Shown here: positions 1 to 9,510 of the stretch, piece by piece
Numbering within the stretch: position 1 is the stretch's first letter
How the letters are laid out: each line of letters starts with the position of its first letter
DNA from: a bacterium
Lineage (GTDB): Bacteria; Zhuqueibacterota; Zhuqueibacteria; Oceanimicrobiales; Oceanimicrobiaceae
Assembly (NCBI GenBank): GCA_046758365.1
Contig: JBHIAC010000012.1
Coordinates: 1-40,004, forward strand
Direction of reading: 5' to 3'
Length of the DNA: 40,004 nt
Program-made: the position numbers and the translations under genes
The notes under the pieces: model-generated
Told to the model about the DNA's origin: nothing
The model's input: the letters and a program-made list of their open reading frames with translations, nothing else
Database searches by the model: none

Positions 1-2
1 CT

Positions 3-242
3 TCCATAGATAAAAAAACCTGGAATAGGATTGAGCTGCAATTAACTGAAAGCCTAAAAATATTCGAAGAGCTGAAGATGGAACACGAAATCGGCAGAAG
101 TTGTCTTGAATTAGCGCAATTTTATCAATTAAATGAGAATAGCGGTGAGGCACAGAAATATATTTTTCGGGCAAAGGAAATATTTCAAAAACTTGGAGCA
201 ATGGGGGATCTTGATAAAGTCAATAATCTAGAAGTAAAATGA
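3..242 (+). CDS. C-terminal end of a TPR-like helical-repeat protein (5' truncated by the window edge)
   Basis: Not in the ORF track. Frame starting at base 3 is open to TGA 240-242: SIDKKTWNRIELQLTESLKIFEELKMEHEIGRSCLELAQFYQLNENSGEAQKYIFRAKEIFQKLGAMGDLDKVNNLEVK*, typical of MalT/cyclase-associated TPR tails. Confidence 0.75.
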   Translation, partial: SIDKKTWNRIELQLTESLKIFEELKMEHEIGRSCLELAQFYQLNENSGEAQKYIFRAKEIFQKLGAMGDLDKVNNLEVK

Positions 243-288
243 AAATAAACAAGCCTCTCGGCTAAATCGAGTACAAAAATCATTAAGA

Positions 289-336
289 AATGACTGACCT
301 TTACTAAACTTCGAAAGTTTAGTAAAGGTGTAACTC
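289..336. repeat. REP-like palindromic element, copy 1
   Basis: 15-bp perfect stem ACCTTTACTAAACTT-CGA-AAGTTTAGTAAAGGT (297-329). The reverse complement of 289-336 matches 7040-7087 at 44 of 48 positions. Confidence 0.85.
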
Positions 337-355
337 AAAAGAAAAGGAGGTTGGA

Positions 356-2104
356 ATGGAGTCAATTGATAATATTGCGATGGAAGAACAGGAGTGGTTA
401 GAGAATGTCTATCAAGGGGAAAAGATGCCGGAATTGACACTAAAGGTTTTTATTGTTGGAACGGTCATTGGTCTACTGCTTATCTCATCAAATATTTACC
501 TCGGCTTAAAAACTGGAATTACGCAAGGTGGTTCAGTCATCGCCGCAATAATCGCTTTTGCTGTAATCAAATCATTTAAAGGCAAACTGTCTATTTTAGA
601 GAATAATAATACCCAAACAATGGCTTCGGCCGCTGCTAGCTTGGGCATTATGGTTAGCACAATTCCTGCTTTGATTTTGCTCGGCTATGAATTCAGCGGC
701 TTTCAACTTTTCATTTGGATATTTTTTGTAAATATTTTGGGAGTTCTGTTTGCCATTCCTCTGCGAAAACAATTCGTCGTTATCGAAAAACTGACATTTC
801 CCAGCGGCACAGCCTGTGCCGAAACAATTAAGTCCATGCATGCTTATGGAGAGAATGCATTAAAAAAAGCTAAAGTTCTTGGAATAACTGGTCTTATTTC
901 TGCATTAATCTCCTGGTTTAGAGATGGAATACCGGCAATTATTCCTTCCATTACGATGTTACCTGGAAAGATTGGGAGCTATGCGCTTGGACAGCTTAAT
1001 ATGGGGATTAATTGGAGTCCAATGTTATTTGGAGTTGGCTTTTTAGTTGGGCCCAGAATAGGCATCAGTCTTCTTTTGGGAGCTGTAATCAGTTGGGGAA
1101 TTTTAGGACCATTACTTGCAAATGCTCAGATCATCGAGGGCGTTGCGTACCCACAGATCAGGAACTGGACGATGTGGGCAGCAATTGCATTAATGGTATC
1201 ATCAGCCATTGTTTCTTTACTGGTGAAAGGAAATACCATTTCAAGAGCCTTTAAATCCTTGAGACAGTCCAAACTTGAAAGTGCACACAATATTGAAATC
1301 TCCTCCAATTTGTGGTTTATTAGTATTTTCTTGGTGGCAGTCATTATTTCAGTTGTTATGCAAGCGATTTTTGATGTACCTTTTTGGATGACATTGATCG
1401 CGATCATTGTAGCTTATCTTTTTTCGGTTGTTGCCGTGAGAACGTATGGAGAAACAGACATCAATCCCGTCGGTGCGATGGGTTATGGCACACAAATACT
1501 TTATGGGGGCATTGCACCTGGGAATATGATGACGAATGTAATGACGGCTGGAGTTACCGCATCTGGGGCTAATCAATCTGCCGATATGATGCAGGATTTT
1601 AAGACCGGGTATCTTTTGGGCGCCACTCCCAAAAAACAAACCTATGCACAATTTATTGGGGTGACAATCGGTTCAATCGCCGCGGTTCCGATATTCTTAG
1701 CTATGACCAGTGCTTATGGAATTGCCACTGAAGCGATGCCTGCACCGAGTGCGCAAACATGGTTTGGAATGGCGAAACTGCTTTCGCAAGGATTTTCAGC
1801 GCTTCCGCCTTACACATTTATAGGTGTTTTGTGCGGTACATTTTTAGGAATCGTATTAACTATATTTGAAAACACAAGATGGGAAAAATATATGCCTTCT
1901 ACTTTTGGAATTGGAATCGCGATGTTCCTACCCGCATTTTTTTCTATTTCTATTTTCTTAGGGTCAATCATTAGGTATTTAATAGAACGGAAATTCCCTA
2001 ATTGGATGAAAAATCACTTTGTGGCTTTGGCTTCAGGTGGAATAGTCGGAGAAGCTGTGATTGGCGTGTTGATTTCGATTCTGATGGTTTCTGGTTTACT
2101 TTGA
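356..2104 (+). CDS. OPT-family oligopeptide / metal-chelate transporter
   Basis: 582 aa polytopic membrane protein with OPT motifs PELT, YLGLKTG, ENNxxQTxASA, LTFPSGTACAE, DMMQDFKTGYLLGATP. SD AGGAGG upstream. Confidence 0.92.
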   Translation: MESIDNIAMEEQEWLENVYQGEKMPELTLKVFIVGTVIGLLLISSNIYLGLKTGITQGGSVIAAIIAFAVIKSFKGKLSILENNNTQTMASAAASLGIMVSTIPALILLGYEFSGFQLFIWIFFVNILGVLFAIPLRKQFVVIEKLTFPSGTACAETIKSMHAYGENALKKAKVLGITGLISALISWFRDGIPAIIPSITMLPGKIGSYALGQLNMGINWSPMLFGVGFLVGPRIGISLLLGAVISWGILGPLLANAQIIEGVAYPQIRNWTMWAAIALMVSSAIVSLLVKGNTISRAFKSLRQSKLESAHNIEISSNLWFISIFLVAVIISVVMQAIFDVPFWMTLIAIIVAYLFSVVAVRTYGETDINPVGAMGYGTQILYGGIAPGNMMTNVMTAGVTASGANQSADMMQDFKTGYLLGATPKKQTYAQFIGVTIGSIAAVPIFLAMTSAYGIATEAMPAPSAQTWFGMAKLLSQGFSALPPYTFIGVLCGTFLGIVLTIFENTRWEKYMPSTFGIGIAMFLPAFFSISIFLGSIIRYLIERKFPNWMKNHFVALASGGIVGEAVIGVLISILMVSGLL

Positions 2105-2191
2105 GATTGCTGTTTTTGTGGTCCCTGAGAGAAGTTTTGATTATTATAAGGTTGGTGTAAGCAAGAAGTAAGTGTTTCCCTAAGCCATTAC

Positions 2192-2953
2192 TTAAATTAT
2201 CATCTCTCGCAACTTTTTCGCTCGACCTCGGCTCAGGGACAGTTCCGTACCATCTTTCAAAATTACCTGGTAACTGCCATCACCCACAGCGCGCAGCTCT
2301 TTTATGCGATCCAGATTCACGATGGTCGAACGATGAATACGCATAAACTTATTTTCGTCCAATTTAACTTCCAGTTCGCGCATGGTTTGATTCACCAAAT
2401 GCTTGGATTTACCAACGTGAAGACACACATAATCATCCATGGCTTCGATCCAATCTATTGTTCCGGTTTTGATCGGTGTCAGGCAACCACTTTCACGAAT
2501 CCAGAATCTGTCCACGGATTGCCTTTCCTCACGAAGATGATTCAACAGGCCCAAAATCTGTTCAGAAACACCTTCATGAGTTCCAAGTCCTTTCAAAGCC
2601 CGATGGACCGCCTGGTTGAAACGCATTCGATCGTAAGGTTTGAGCAGGTAATCTACTGCGTTAACTTCAAAAGCCTGGATGGCATACTTGTCATAAGCCG
2701 TAGAGAAAATGACCATAGGTATTGTGTCCAGCCGATTTAAAACATCAAATCCCGAGAGTTCCGGCATTTGAATATCTAAAAATATTAAATCAGGTTTCAG
2801 ATCGTTGATGGTTTTCACAGCTTGAGCACCGTTGCTGCACTCGGCCACAATCTCCACCTCGGAGTGGTCGGATAAATATTCCTTTATCATCTCCCGGGCT
2901 AAATCCTCATCATCCACGATAACAGCACGAATTTTCTTTTGGCTAATAGTCAT
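2192..2953 (-). CDS. LytTR-family response regulator
   Basis: Receiver domain (IVDDE, FLDIQMP, TAY, DYLLKP) plus LytTR domain (FMRIHRSTIVN, LSLSRGR). Confidence 0.95.
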   Translation of the reverse strand: MTISQKKIRAVIVDDEDLAREMIKEYLSDHSEVEIVAECSNGAQAVKTINDLKPDLIFLDIQMPELSGFDVLNRLDTIPMVIFSTAYDKYAIQAFEVNAVDYLLKPYDRMRFNQAVHRALKGLGTHEGVSEQILGLLNHLREERQSVDRFWIRESGCLTPIKTGTIDWIEAMDDYVCLHVGKSKHLVNQTMRELEVKLDENKFMRIHRSTIVNLDRIKELRAVGDGSYQVILKDGTELSLSRGRAKKLREMII

Positions 2954-2992
2954 AACTGTTTTAACACATTTTAATGATAATCGAAAAACAAA

Positions 2993-3025
2993 ATTTGACC
3001 GTCATCTCGGAGATGACGGTCAAAT
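2993..3025. repeat. Perfect palindrome (REP-like) between kinase and regulator genes
   Basis: ATTTGACCGTCATCTC-G-GAGATGACGGTCAAAT, 16-bp arms. Confidence 0.8.
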
Positions 3026-3028
3026 AAC

Positions 3029-4081
3029 TTATCTTTGGGGAATTTTAATGATTACCGAGAAACCCTGGGGTTGCATATTTTTCACCTCCAAACCGTAGGC
3101 ATCGCCGTAGATGCGTTTAAGTCGTTCATTAGTATTTTTCAATCCCAAGCCCTTTTCAAAGATTTTAGATAAGTTTTGTTCTGTAATCCCTTTACCTGTG
3201 TCTGAGACTTCGAGATTTAAAAGATTACCATTTTGATGTGCCTGTATGTTTAATTCGCCTCCTTTAGCTATCTTTGAAATGCCATGCTTAATGGCATTTT
3301 CTACGAGAGGTTGTAGTATCATACTGGGTACTTCGGTCTCAAGAGCCTTGGAATCTATCTCCTGATGGATGTAGAGCTTGTTGCCAAAACGAACTTTTTC
3401 AATATCCAAATAATTGTGAATGAAATCTAATTCTTGCTTTAAAGTTACAAATTTTCTGACGTAACCGTCCAGGGAATAACGAAAGAGTTGAGCTAACTTG
3501 GCATTCATAGATCGGGCTTTCTCAGGATCTTTGGCAATTAAAGCGTTGACGGAATTTAAGGCATTAAAAAGAAAATGGGGATTGATTTGGGATTTCAGGT
3601 TTTGCAGTTCCATATTTTTTGCTAGGAGGCTTAACTCTGCCTCTATAAGTTCTTTTTCTTTTATTTTCTTATAGAGATTAATTATGTAGAATATACCTAC
3701 TAAAAAGCCATACTTTGTGATTCCGTCTAAAAACTGCCAGAGGTGAACACCTTGAGACCACATGAGTCGTGATATAAATTCACCAATAATTAACCAATAC
3801 AATGAAAAAGTGGATGCCAACCATATTGCCGAAAATAAAAAACTACTAAAAATGTGAATACCAAAAAATAGAAATATTCGAGATTTATCAAACGGGAATT
3901 GTTTACAAAAATACCATAAAGGAATAGATAAAAGGGCCATGACATAGTTGTATATAGCAGAGGATATCCAAGCGTAAGGATAGTAAAGTTTTTGCTGGAT
4001 GGATAATATGCCAGCATTGAGAAAAGTGTAAGCCGTCCAAATAATAAATCCGATAAGTATATTCTTTAATAATTTTTTCAT
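3029..4081 (-). CDS. LytS/YehU-type membrane sensor histidine kinase
   Basis: About 4 N-terminal TM helices, H-box LKSQINPHFLFNALN, LQPLVENAIKHG, DTGKG, GLGLKN. Start reassigned to ATG 4081 (MKKLL); the ORF-track start at 4165 overlaps the permease. Confidence 0.93.
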   Translation of the reverse strand: MKKLLKNILIGFIIWTAYTFLNAGILSIQQKLYYPYAWISSAIYNYVMALLSIPLWYFCKQFPFDKSRIFLFFGIHIFSSFLFSAIWLASTFSLYWLIIGEFISRLMWSQGVHLWQFLDGITKYGFLVGIFYIINLYKKIKEKELIEAELSLLAKNMELQNLKSQINPHFLFNALNSVNALIAKDPEKARSMNAKLAQLFRYSLDGYVRKFVTLKQELDFIHNYLDIEKVRFGNKLYIHQEIDSKALETEVPSMILQPLVENAIKHGISKIAKGGELNIQAHQNGNLLNLEVSDTGKGITEQNLSKIFEKGLGLKNTNERLKRIYGDAYGLEVKNMQPQGFSVIIKIPQR

Positions 4082-4124
4082 GTTTAAATCTAATAAATTG
4101 GCTTTAAAAAAACAATACTGAGTG

Positions 4125-4868
4125 CTACTCCCAGCGAAATGTTTTGGCGGACAAAACCACACCAAAAATCAACAGAGCAGAAAGTATCACCACTTCCTTA
4201 ACATGTACATTCCAGCCATCCCCTATCCAAAGCCCTCTCAGTAGGTTCACGACATGTGTCAGGGGCAGGATCTGGGCATAATTTCGAATCGTTTCTGGCA
4301 GAACTTCGCGCGGAATCGTTGCACCTGAGAGAAAAATCATGGGATAAAAAAGAACCATGGCGACGATTTGGGCGCTTCTTGCTGTGGGCATCAAACCAGC
4401 GAGTACAAATCCAAGAGCAAAGAAACTCAAGCTACTTAAGATGAAGGCCATGAGTACGTTGAAAGGATTGCCATCGAATCTTAAGCTATACACAATCTTA
4501 GCAGCGACAATTAACAGGGTCATCCCAAGTGCGGTCATCAGGAAAATTACCGACCCCTGGGCTGTCAGGATAGTTTGTGGGTGTAAGGGTGTGGCCTTCA
4601 GACGTCTGAGAACGCCTGTCTCACGATATATAGTCAAAACAATGGTGAGGGATAAAAGTCCACTAGTAGCAATAATCATGGCTGTATAAGCTGGCACGGA
4701 GACATCTACAGAACCGTAACCACCAAAAAAAGATGTAGGTTTGTTGCCATAAATACTGCCAAATAGAAACAACATCATGAGCGGGAAGGCCAAGGTAAAA
4801 AACGCGGCCATCGGTTCCCGAAAAAATAATTTCATTTCTGTCCAGGTTAGTTTCAATAAACCCCGCAT
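4125..4868 (-). CDS. ABC-2 type exporter permease
   Basis: EMKLFFREP, RETGVLRRLKATP, FLSGATIP, LPLTH motifs, about 6 TM helices, SD AGGAGG. Confidence 0.92.
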   Translation of the reverse strand: MRGLLKLTWTEMKLFFREPMAAFFTLAFPLMMLFLFGSIYGNKPTSFFGGYGSVDVSVPAYTAMIIATSGLLSLTIVLTIYRETGVLRRLKATPLHPQTILTAQGSVIFLMTALGMTLLIVAAKIVYSLRFDGNPFNVLMAFILSSLSFFALGFVLAGLMPTARSAQIVAMVLFYPMIFLSGATIPREVLPETIRNYAQILPLTHVVNLLRGLWIGDGWNVHVKEVVILSALLIFGVVLSAKTFRWE

Positions 4869-4946
4869 GGATCTACCTCCTTAAACTATATATTTTCTTA
4901 TAGGATTATACCTTCTATTTAGCCAGGTACAAATCCGTCGAAGAAT

Positions 4947-5102
4947 AAATCCGAATATCAAATATCGAAATTCTAAACAAATTCAAATAACAAATTTTCA
5001 AAACATCATTTGCTCAATAAGGGCACGGGTTTCGAACCAAACGGTTTTGGATTTTAGAATTTGGTCATTTGGATTTTGTCCCGTATTTCGTGTTTCGAAT
5101 TT
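4947..5102. repeat. Imperfect inverted array of short A-rich / T-rich repeats (long hairpin)
   Basis: Left arm AAATCCGAATATCAAATATCGAAATTCTAAACAAATTCAAATAACAAATTTTCAAAAC. Right arm GTTTTGGATTTTAGAATTTGGTCATTTGGATTTTGTCCCGTATTTCGTGTTTCGAATTT, roughly complementary with about 7-nt periodicity. Confidence 0.65.
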
Positions 5103-5142
5103 ATTTTATGTTTGTGATTAAATTCAAGTTTCGATGTCTTGA

Positions 5143-6063
5143 TTAATCACGCATTTCTTTACCGGTCAGCGTTAGAAAGACATCCTCTAAACTGGGCTGT
5201 TCGGTACGCAGGTCACGAAAGTGCACACCATTAGAGGATAGGGCGTTCACCACATCCACCACCAGGGGATCTCCCTGACCATAGACCACAATGCGTTCGC
5301 CAATCTGTTCAACGTGTCGGACGGTGGCTAATTGGCGCAGCGGATTGAGGTCGAAAACGCCATCTACCGAGAAAACCACACGATTTTCAGCCCCGAGGTT
5401 TCGAATTAAATTCTCCGGCGAGTCAAGAGCCACGATGCTACCATGGTCAATAATGGCGACCTGGTCACACAGCCTTTGGGCCTCCTCCATAAAGTGAGTC
5501 GTGAGAAACACGGTCTTACCTTGATTCCGAATATCTAGCACTAGATCCCACATAGTACGGCGAGCCTGTGGATCCAAACCAGTCGTTAATTCGTCTAAAA
5601 ACACCAATTCGGGATCATTGACCAGAGAGAGGGCTATGAAAAGACGTTGTTTCTGTCCCCCAGAGAGTTTGCTATAAGAGGCATTTCTCTTATCCAATAA
5701 TCCCATTTGTTCGAGTAAGGTATTCCAATCATTAGAGCGAGAGTAAAACGAAGCGAAGAGGTCTAGAGCCTCCCAAACTTTAATGTGACGTGGAAGCTCA
5801 GACTCTTGCAATTGCACCCCGATGCGCTGTCGAAGAGCGTACCCTTGCTTCTTGGGGTCAAGCCCCAACACCTGGATATTTCCTCCTGCCGGTTGCCGTA
5901 AGCCTTCAATGCATTCGATGGTGGTGGTCTTACCCGCGCCATTAGGCCCCACCATACCGAAGATTTCGCCTTCATAAACTTCGAAGGAAATATCGTTTAC
6001 GGCTACTACAGACCCATAGGCTTTACGTAATTTTTCTACTTTTACGGCTGCTTTCCTGACCAT
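5143..6063 (-). CDS. ABC exporter ATP-binding subunit (DrrA/NatA-like)
   Basis: Walker A GPNGAGKTT, signature LSGGQKQR, Walker B VFLDELTTGLDP, H-loop TTHFMEEA, C-terminal SLEDVFL. Start is ATG 6063 or TTG 6075. Confidence 0.95.
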   Translation of the reverse strand: MVRKAAVKVEKLRKAYGSVVAVNDISFEVYEGEIFGMVGPNGAGKTTTIECIEGLRQPAGGNIQVLGLDPKKQGYALRQRIGVQLQESELPRHIKVWEALDLFASFYSRSNDWNTLLEQMGLLDKRNASYSKLSGGQKQRLFIALSLVNDPELVFLDELTTGLDPQARRTMWDLVLDIRNQGKTVFLTTHFMEEAQRLCDQVAIIDHGSIVALDSPENLIRNLGAENRVVFSVDGVFDLNPLRQLATVRHVEQIGERIVVYGQGDPLVVDVVNALSSNGVHFRDLRTEQPSLEDVFLTLTGKEMRD

Positions 6064-6222
6064 AGAGAACTCCAATAAGATTATTTCTTAAATTATTCAT
6101 TTAGCTAATGTGTTACCAAATACAAGCACAAAAATAAGTAAAAGTCGCTTTACTTTTTCACAGTACATTTTGTTATTCCTCCTATCCTTGTGTAAACATC
6201 TCTTCAATTACTCACTTTTGTT

Positions 6223-6999
6223 TCACTGTTGTTCTAATTGATTCTGCATTAACTTAGCGAAACCATTTTGAGGATCAATCTTTAACGCTTCCTCTAAGTT
6301 TTGTTTGGCTAATTGCCATTTCTGTTCGTCCAAATAAAATTTTCCAAGCCACGCCAGTGCCTCACTATGGCCCCAATCAGGAAGTCGTGCGTCCCCCAGT
6401 TTCTCCTTTTTGAATAGCTCGACCGACTGCTTCATCTCTTCCAGTGCCCTGGTTTTACTGCCACCAAATTGTTCAGGAGTGTAATAGGATGAAATGGCCG
6501 AAATTAGGGCCACACGTGGATTTTTATCATCGATTCCCTTCGCGTCCGAAAGTGCAGCACCACTTTTATACCCCAGGGTCATGCCTAAAGCAGGATCCGT
6601 GCTGATTTTCTGACCGAGTAAAGAAGAAAGCAGAGCATGGGAATCAGCAAAATTATCTTTTAATCCAATAGAAGCTTCGAGATGCTCTATTCCATCGTCA
6701 AGATATTTTATAAGCAAATCCCTTTTATTTTGTTCTTGATAATAAATTGCAAGTCTATAATCTGCATAGCCTATATAATAGTGGGTCAACCATTTCATCT
6801 CTTCATTTTGTAGCAGTCTTTCGAAAAGGGAACGGGCCTCCATTAAAATCGTTTCATCCCATTTATGGACACCTTCTTCGATAAGTTTTTTACCTTTACT
6901 GATTAATTCGTCAAAATCATCCGAGGGACCTGCTAATGGTGAGCCTACTATTGCAAAATAAATTAAACAAATAACAAAGATTCTGAATAGTTTTTGCAT
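6223..6999 (-). CDS. Secreted TPR-repeat protein
   Basis: Signal peptide, helical repeats, NPRV...YYTPEQFGGSK and PDWG motifs, C-terminal TPR ALKIDPQN. SD AGGAGG. Confidence 0.8.
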   Translation of the reverse strand: MQKLFRIFVICLIYFAIVGSPLAGPSDDFDELISKGKKLIEEGVHKWDETILMEARSLFERLLQNEEMKWLTHYYIGYADYRLAIYYQEQNKRDLLIKYLDDGIEHLEASIGLKDNFADSHALLSSLLGQKISTDPALGMTLGYKSGAALSDAKGIDDKNPRVALISAISSYYTPEQFGGSKTRALEEMKQSVELFKKEKLGDARLPDWGHSEALAWLGKFYLDEQKWQLAKQNLEEALKIDPQNGFAKLMQNQLEQQ

Positions 7000-7039
7000 G
7001 TTATCCTCCTTAGAAATTAAATGATTTTCAAGTCAATCG

Positions 7040-7087
7040 GAGCTACACCTTTACTAAACTTTTGAAGATTAGTAAAGGTCATTCATT
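7040..7087. repeat. REP-like palindromic element, copy 2 (inverted relative to 289-336)
   Basis: GAGCTACACCTTTACTAAACTTTTGAAGATTAGTAAAGGTCATTCATT, 44/48 identity to the reverse complement of copy 1. Confidence 0.85.
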
Positions 7088-7131
7088 CGGATTGACACGG
7101 AATTTTACAGTTAATTTTTGTGGTAATAAAT

Positions 7132-9372
7132 TTATTGAAAATTAATTGTGATCCCAAAATATACGAACCGGGAATAGTTCGTGGTTCTTGGTGTCCGTTG
7201 GCTGTAATCAAACGAATAATCATAACCGAGCACATTTTGACGATTCAGCAAATTTGATACAGCCAAATAAAATATAGCAGCATTGTTTCCTTTAAAAGGG
7301 TAATAATAGCTCAGGCTGCCGTCGAGCCGTTGATAGATAGGCAAGCGCTCTGAGTTAACTGGCCCTTCAATCGGGATGTAAAAATCGAATTCAGGGTGAC
7401 GATTAGCCTGCATCACTGGTGTAAAAGGTCTTCCTGTGGCATAACGATAGGTTAGACCAACTGTAAGACGCTGAGTGATGCTGTATTTACCAACCACAGT
7501 TAAATTGTGGGTTATATCAAAATAAGAGGGTGCATATTCTTCCACAAGTCCTCTTTGGGTTTCGCGCGTTTGTAGCCTTTTTGACTGAAGAAAGCTATAA
7601 GAAATCCAGCCGTTCAGTTTATCTTGAAATAGAATGCCGTGTTTAAAAAACAAGTCCACACCACGGGCAAAGCCATAACCTTTGTTGATAAATTCTAAAT
7701 CATCATTTTCGATGACCAAAGCGCCGTAATCTTTGTAATAAATTTCCGCCCTGAATTGCGTTTCATCCCATTGATATTCATAACCCAAAATGTAATGAAC
7801 GGCGCGCTGGGAAGCTAAATTAGGATTACCATAGTCTGGCGCATAAAATAAAGGCGCAGCAAATTGATGATAGATCCCCCAGGAAGCCCGTAAATAGCTA
7901 TAACCAGAAACTTGATAATATAAAGAAGCCCTTGGATCAAAAACTGTTTCAGCCGATAAATTTTGGTGATCTGCTCGCATACTGACTTTAGCGAAAATTC
8001 CTCTGGCCAATTGAATTTCATTTTCTACATAACCACCAGTGCGAATAGCATCGTATTTCGCATCGATTGAAATGGATTCGGCATCAGGATCAAGAACATC
8101 ACCCTCAGGGAGCTGGCCCACAAATCTGTTGCGAAGTATCTCTCGTTCTACACCAAAGTTCATTTTATATTTTGGACTGAATTCTTTTTCGCTGTCAAGA
8201 CGAAACTTGTAGGTCTGGTCTTTTTGCTCCAAATCCAGCACACCTAAAGTACGGTTGCTAAAGTAATCGTTCAATGATATGCTGGCCTGTAATAACCAGT
8301 TTTTACTGACGAGTTCCGTCCACTGTAAATTGTAAAGCTGATTCAAATCGTCGCTATTAAATAGGCCATCGAATGAGGGCTGATTCACCTTTACACCAAC
8401 TTGATTCTTAGAGGCAAAGGCAAAAAATTTAAGTTGACCGGTTGCTGAGTAATCATAATTCAAACTAAAGTTAACATCTGTACCTCTTGGGTGTTTGGTA
8501 AAATCTGAGTATCTGCCATTTACGCGAAACATGAGTCCTGTGGAGCTGCGGTTGCCGGAAAAACGCAACCCTAATTTTTTATTTTTAAGCGGTAGCGCAA
8601 TCCGTGCGGAAGTAGCTGCCAAACCGATATTCAAATTGTACATTGGCTGCAAAGGACGGTTGAGGCTCTCCATGGCCAGAACACCAGAGAGAGCATTGCC
8701 ATATTTCGCTGAGAAGCCACCGCTGGAGAAAAACGTGCCGCTGACAAGAAAAGGTGGAATAGTACCAAAAATACCACCAGTTGGAGATTCAAAACGATAA
8801 GGATGCACTACGGTGGCTTGATCCAAGATTATCATGGTTTCAGAAACATCACCGCCACGAACAAACAGACCGGAGCCTTCATCTATTTGTGCCAATCCAG
8901 GAAAGGTTTTGATGGCTAAGAAAATATCTGCCGCTGCACCAGGGGTGGTTAATATATCCAATCGTTTTAAAGTAACGCCTTTTTCATCTCCAGAGCTGAA
9001 TGAGCTGGCAGTGATGATGGCCTCTGGCATAGGGATGGCTTCTTCTCTTAGAATAATTTTAATTGGCCCAATTTGATCTTTAGAAAGGTCAATTTCTTTT
9101 ATACTCTGTTCAAACCCTATCATCGAAGCGATTAACACGTGCTTACCCGTTTTTTTCGTTACAATTTCAAAATAGCCCGTGGAATCGCTGACGTCCCCAT
9201 CGAAGCTGTTTTTTATAAACACATTCGTATAAGGAATTGGCGCTCCTTTCTTATCTAAAATTACGCCTGTAATTTTTGTGACATTTTTAATTTGAGAATA
9301 GGAGAATGGGGTTAACAATAATAAGAGTAAAACAAATCCTATAATTGAAAAATCTCTCACAAAATAGGTCAT
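7132..9372 (-). CDS. TonB-dependent outer-membrane receptor with N-terminal carboxypeptidase-regulatory-like domain
   Basis: Signal peptide, ITGVILD...IPYTNVFI domain, plug motifs LFVRGG and GGFSAKYGNALSGVL, beta-barrel, C-terminal YFGITINFQ. Confidence 0.92.
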   Translation of the reverse strand: MTYFVRDFSIIGFVLLLLLLTPFSYSQIKNVTKITGVILDKKGAPIPYTNVFIKNSFDGDVSDSTGYFEIVTKKTGKHVLIASMIGFEQSIKEIDLSKDQIGPIKIILREEAIPMPEAIITASSFSSGDEKGVTLKRLDILTTPGAAADIFLAIKTFPGLAQIDEGSGLFVRGGDVSETMIILDQATVVHPYRFESPTGGIFGTIPPFLVSGTFFSSGGFSAKYGNALSGVLAMESLNRPLQPMYNLNIGLAATSARIALPLKNKKLGLRFSGNRSSTGLMFRVNGRYSDFTKHPRGTDVNFSLNYDYSATGQLKFFAFASKNQVGVKVNQPSFDGLFNSDDLNQLYNLQWTELVSKNWLLQASISLNDYFSNRTLGVLDLEQKDQTYKFRLDSEKEFSPKYKMNFGVEREILRNRFVGQLPEGDVLDPDAESISIDAKYDAIRTGGYVENEIQLARGIFAKVSMRADHQNLSAETVFDPRASLYYQVSGYSYLRASWGIYHQFAAPLFYAPDYGNPNLASQRAVHYILGYEYQWDETQFRAEIYYKDYGALVIENDDLEFINKGYGFARGVDLFFKHGILFQDKLNGWISYSFLQSKRLQTRETQRGLVEEYAPSYFDITHNLTVVGKYSITQRLTVGLTYRYATGRPFTPVMQANRHPEFDFYIPIEGPVNSERLPIYQRLDGSLSYYYPFKGNNAAIFYLAVSNLLNRQNVLGYDYSFDYSQRTPRTTNYSRFVYFGITINFQ

Positions 9373-9470
9373 TAAATCTACCCTTACTTGTAAAGAAATT
9401 GCATGAGCAATTTAATTATAACTAACTCTCAAGATAGGTAAATATACGAGGTTTTGAAATACAATGTAAA

Positions 9471-9510
9471 TGAATTTCGGTGAATTGCGGTATGTGTCGG
9501 TGAATTGCGG
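9471..9510 (-). promoter_or_regulatory. Putative LytTR binding site (direct repeat) upstream of the TonB receptor operon
   Basis: TCGGTGAATTGCGG at 9477-9490 and 9497-9510 (20-bp period), with a third TGAATT at 9471. About 100-140 bp upstream of the receptor start. Confidence 0.7.

Noticed and set aside
9471..9510. Direct repeat as a mini CRISPR array
   Set aside because: Repeats are 14 bp with a 6-bp gap, there are no spacer-sized intervals, and no cas genes are present.
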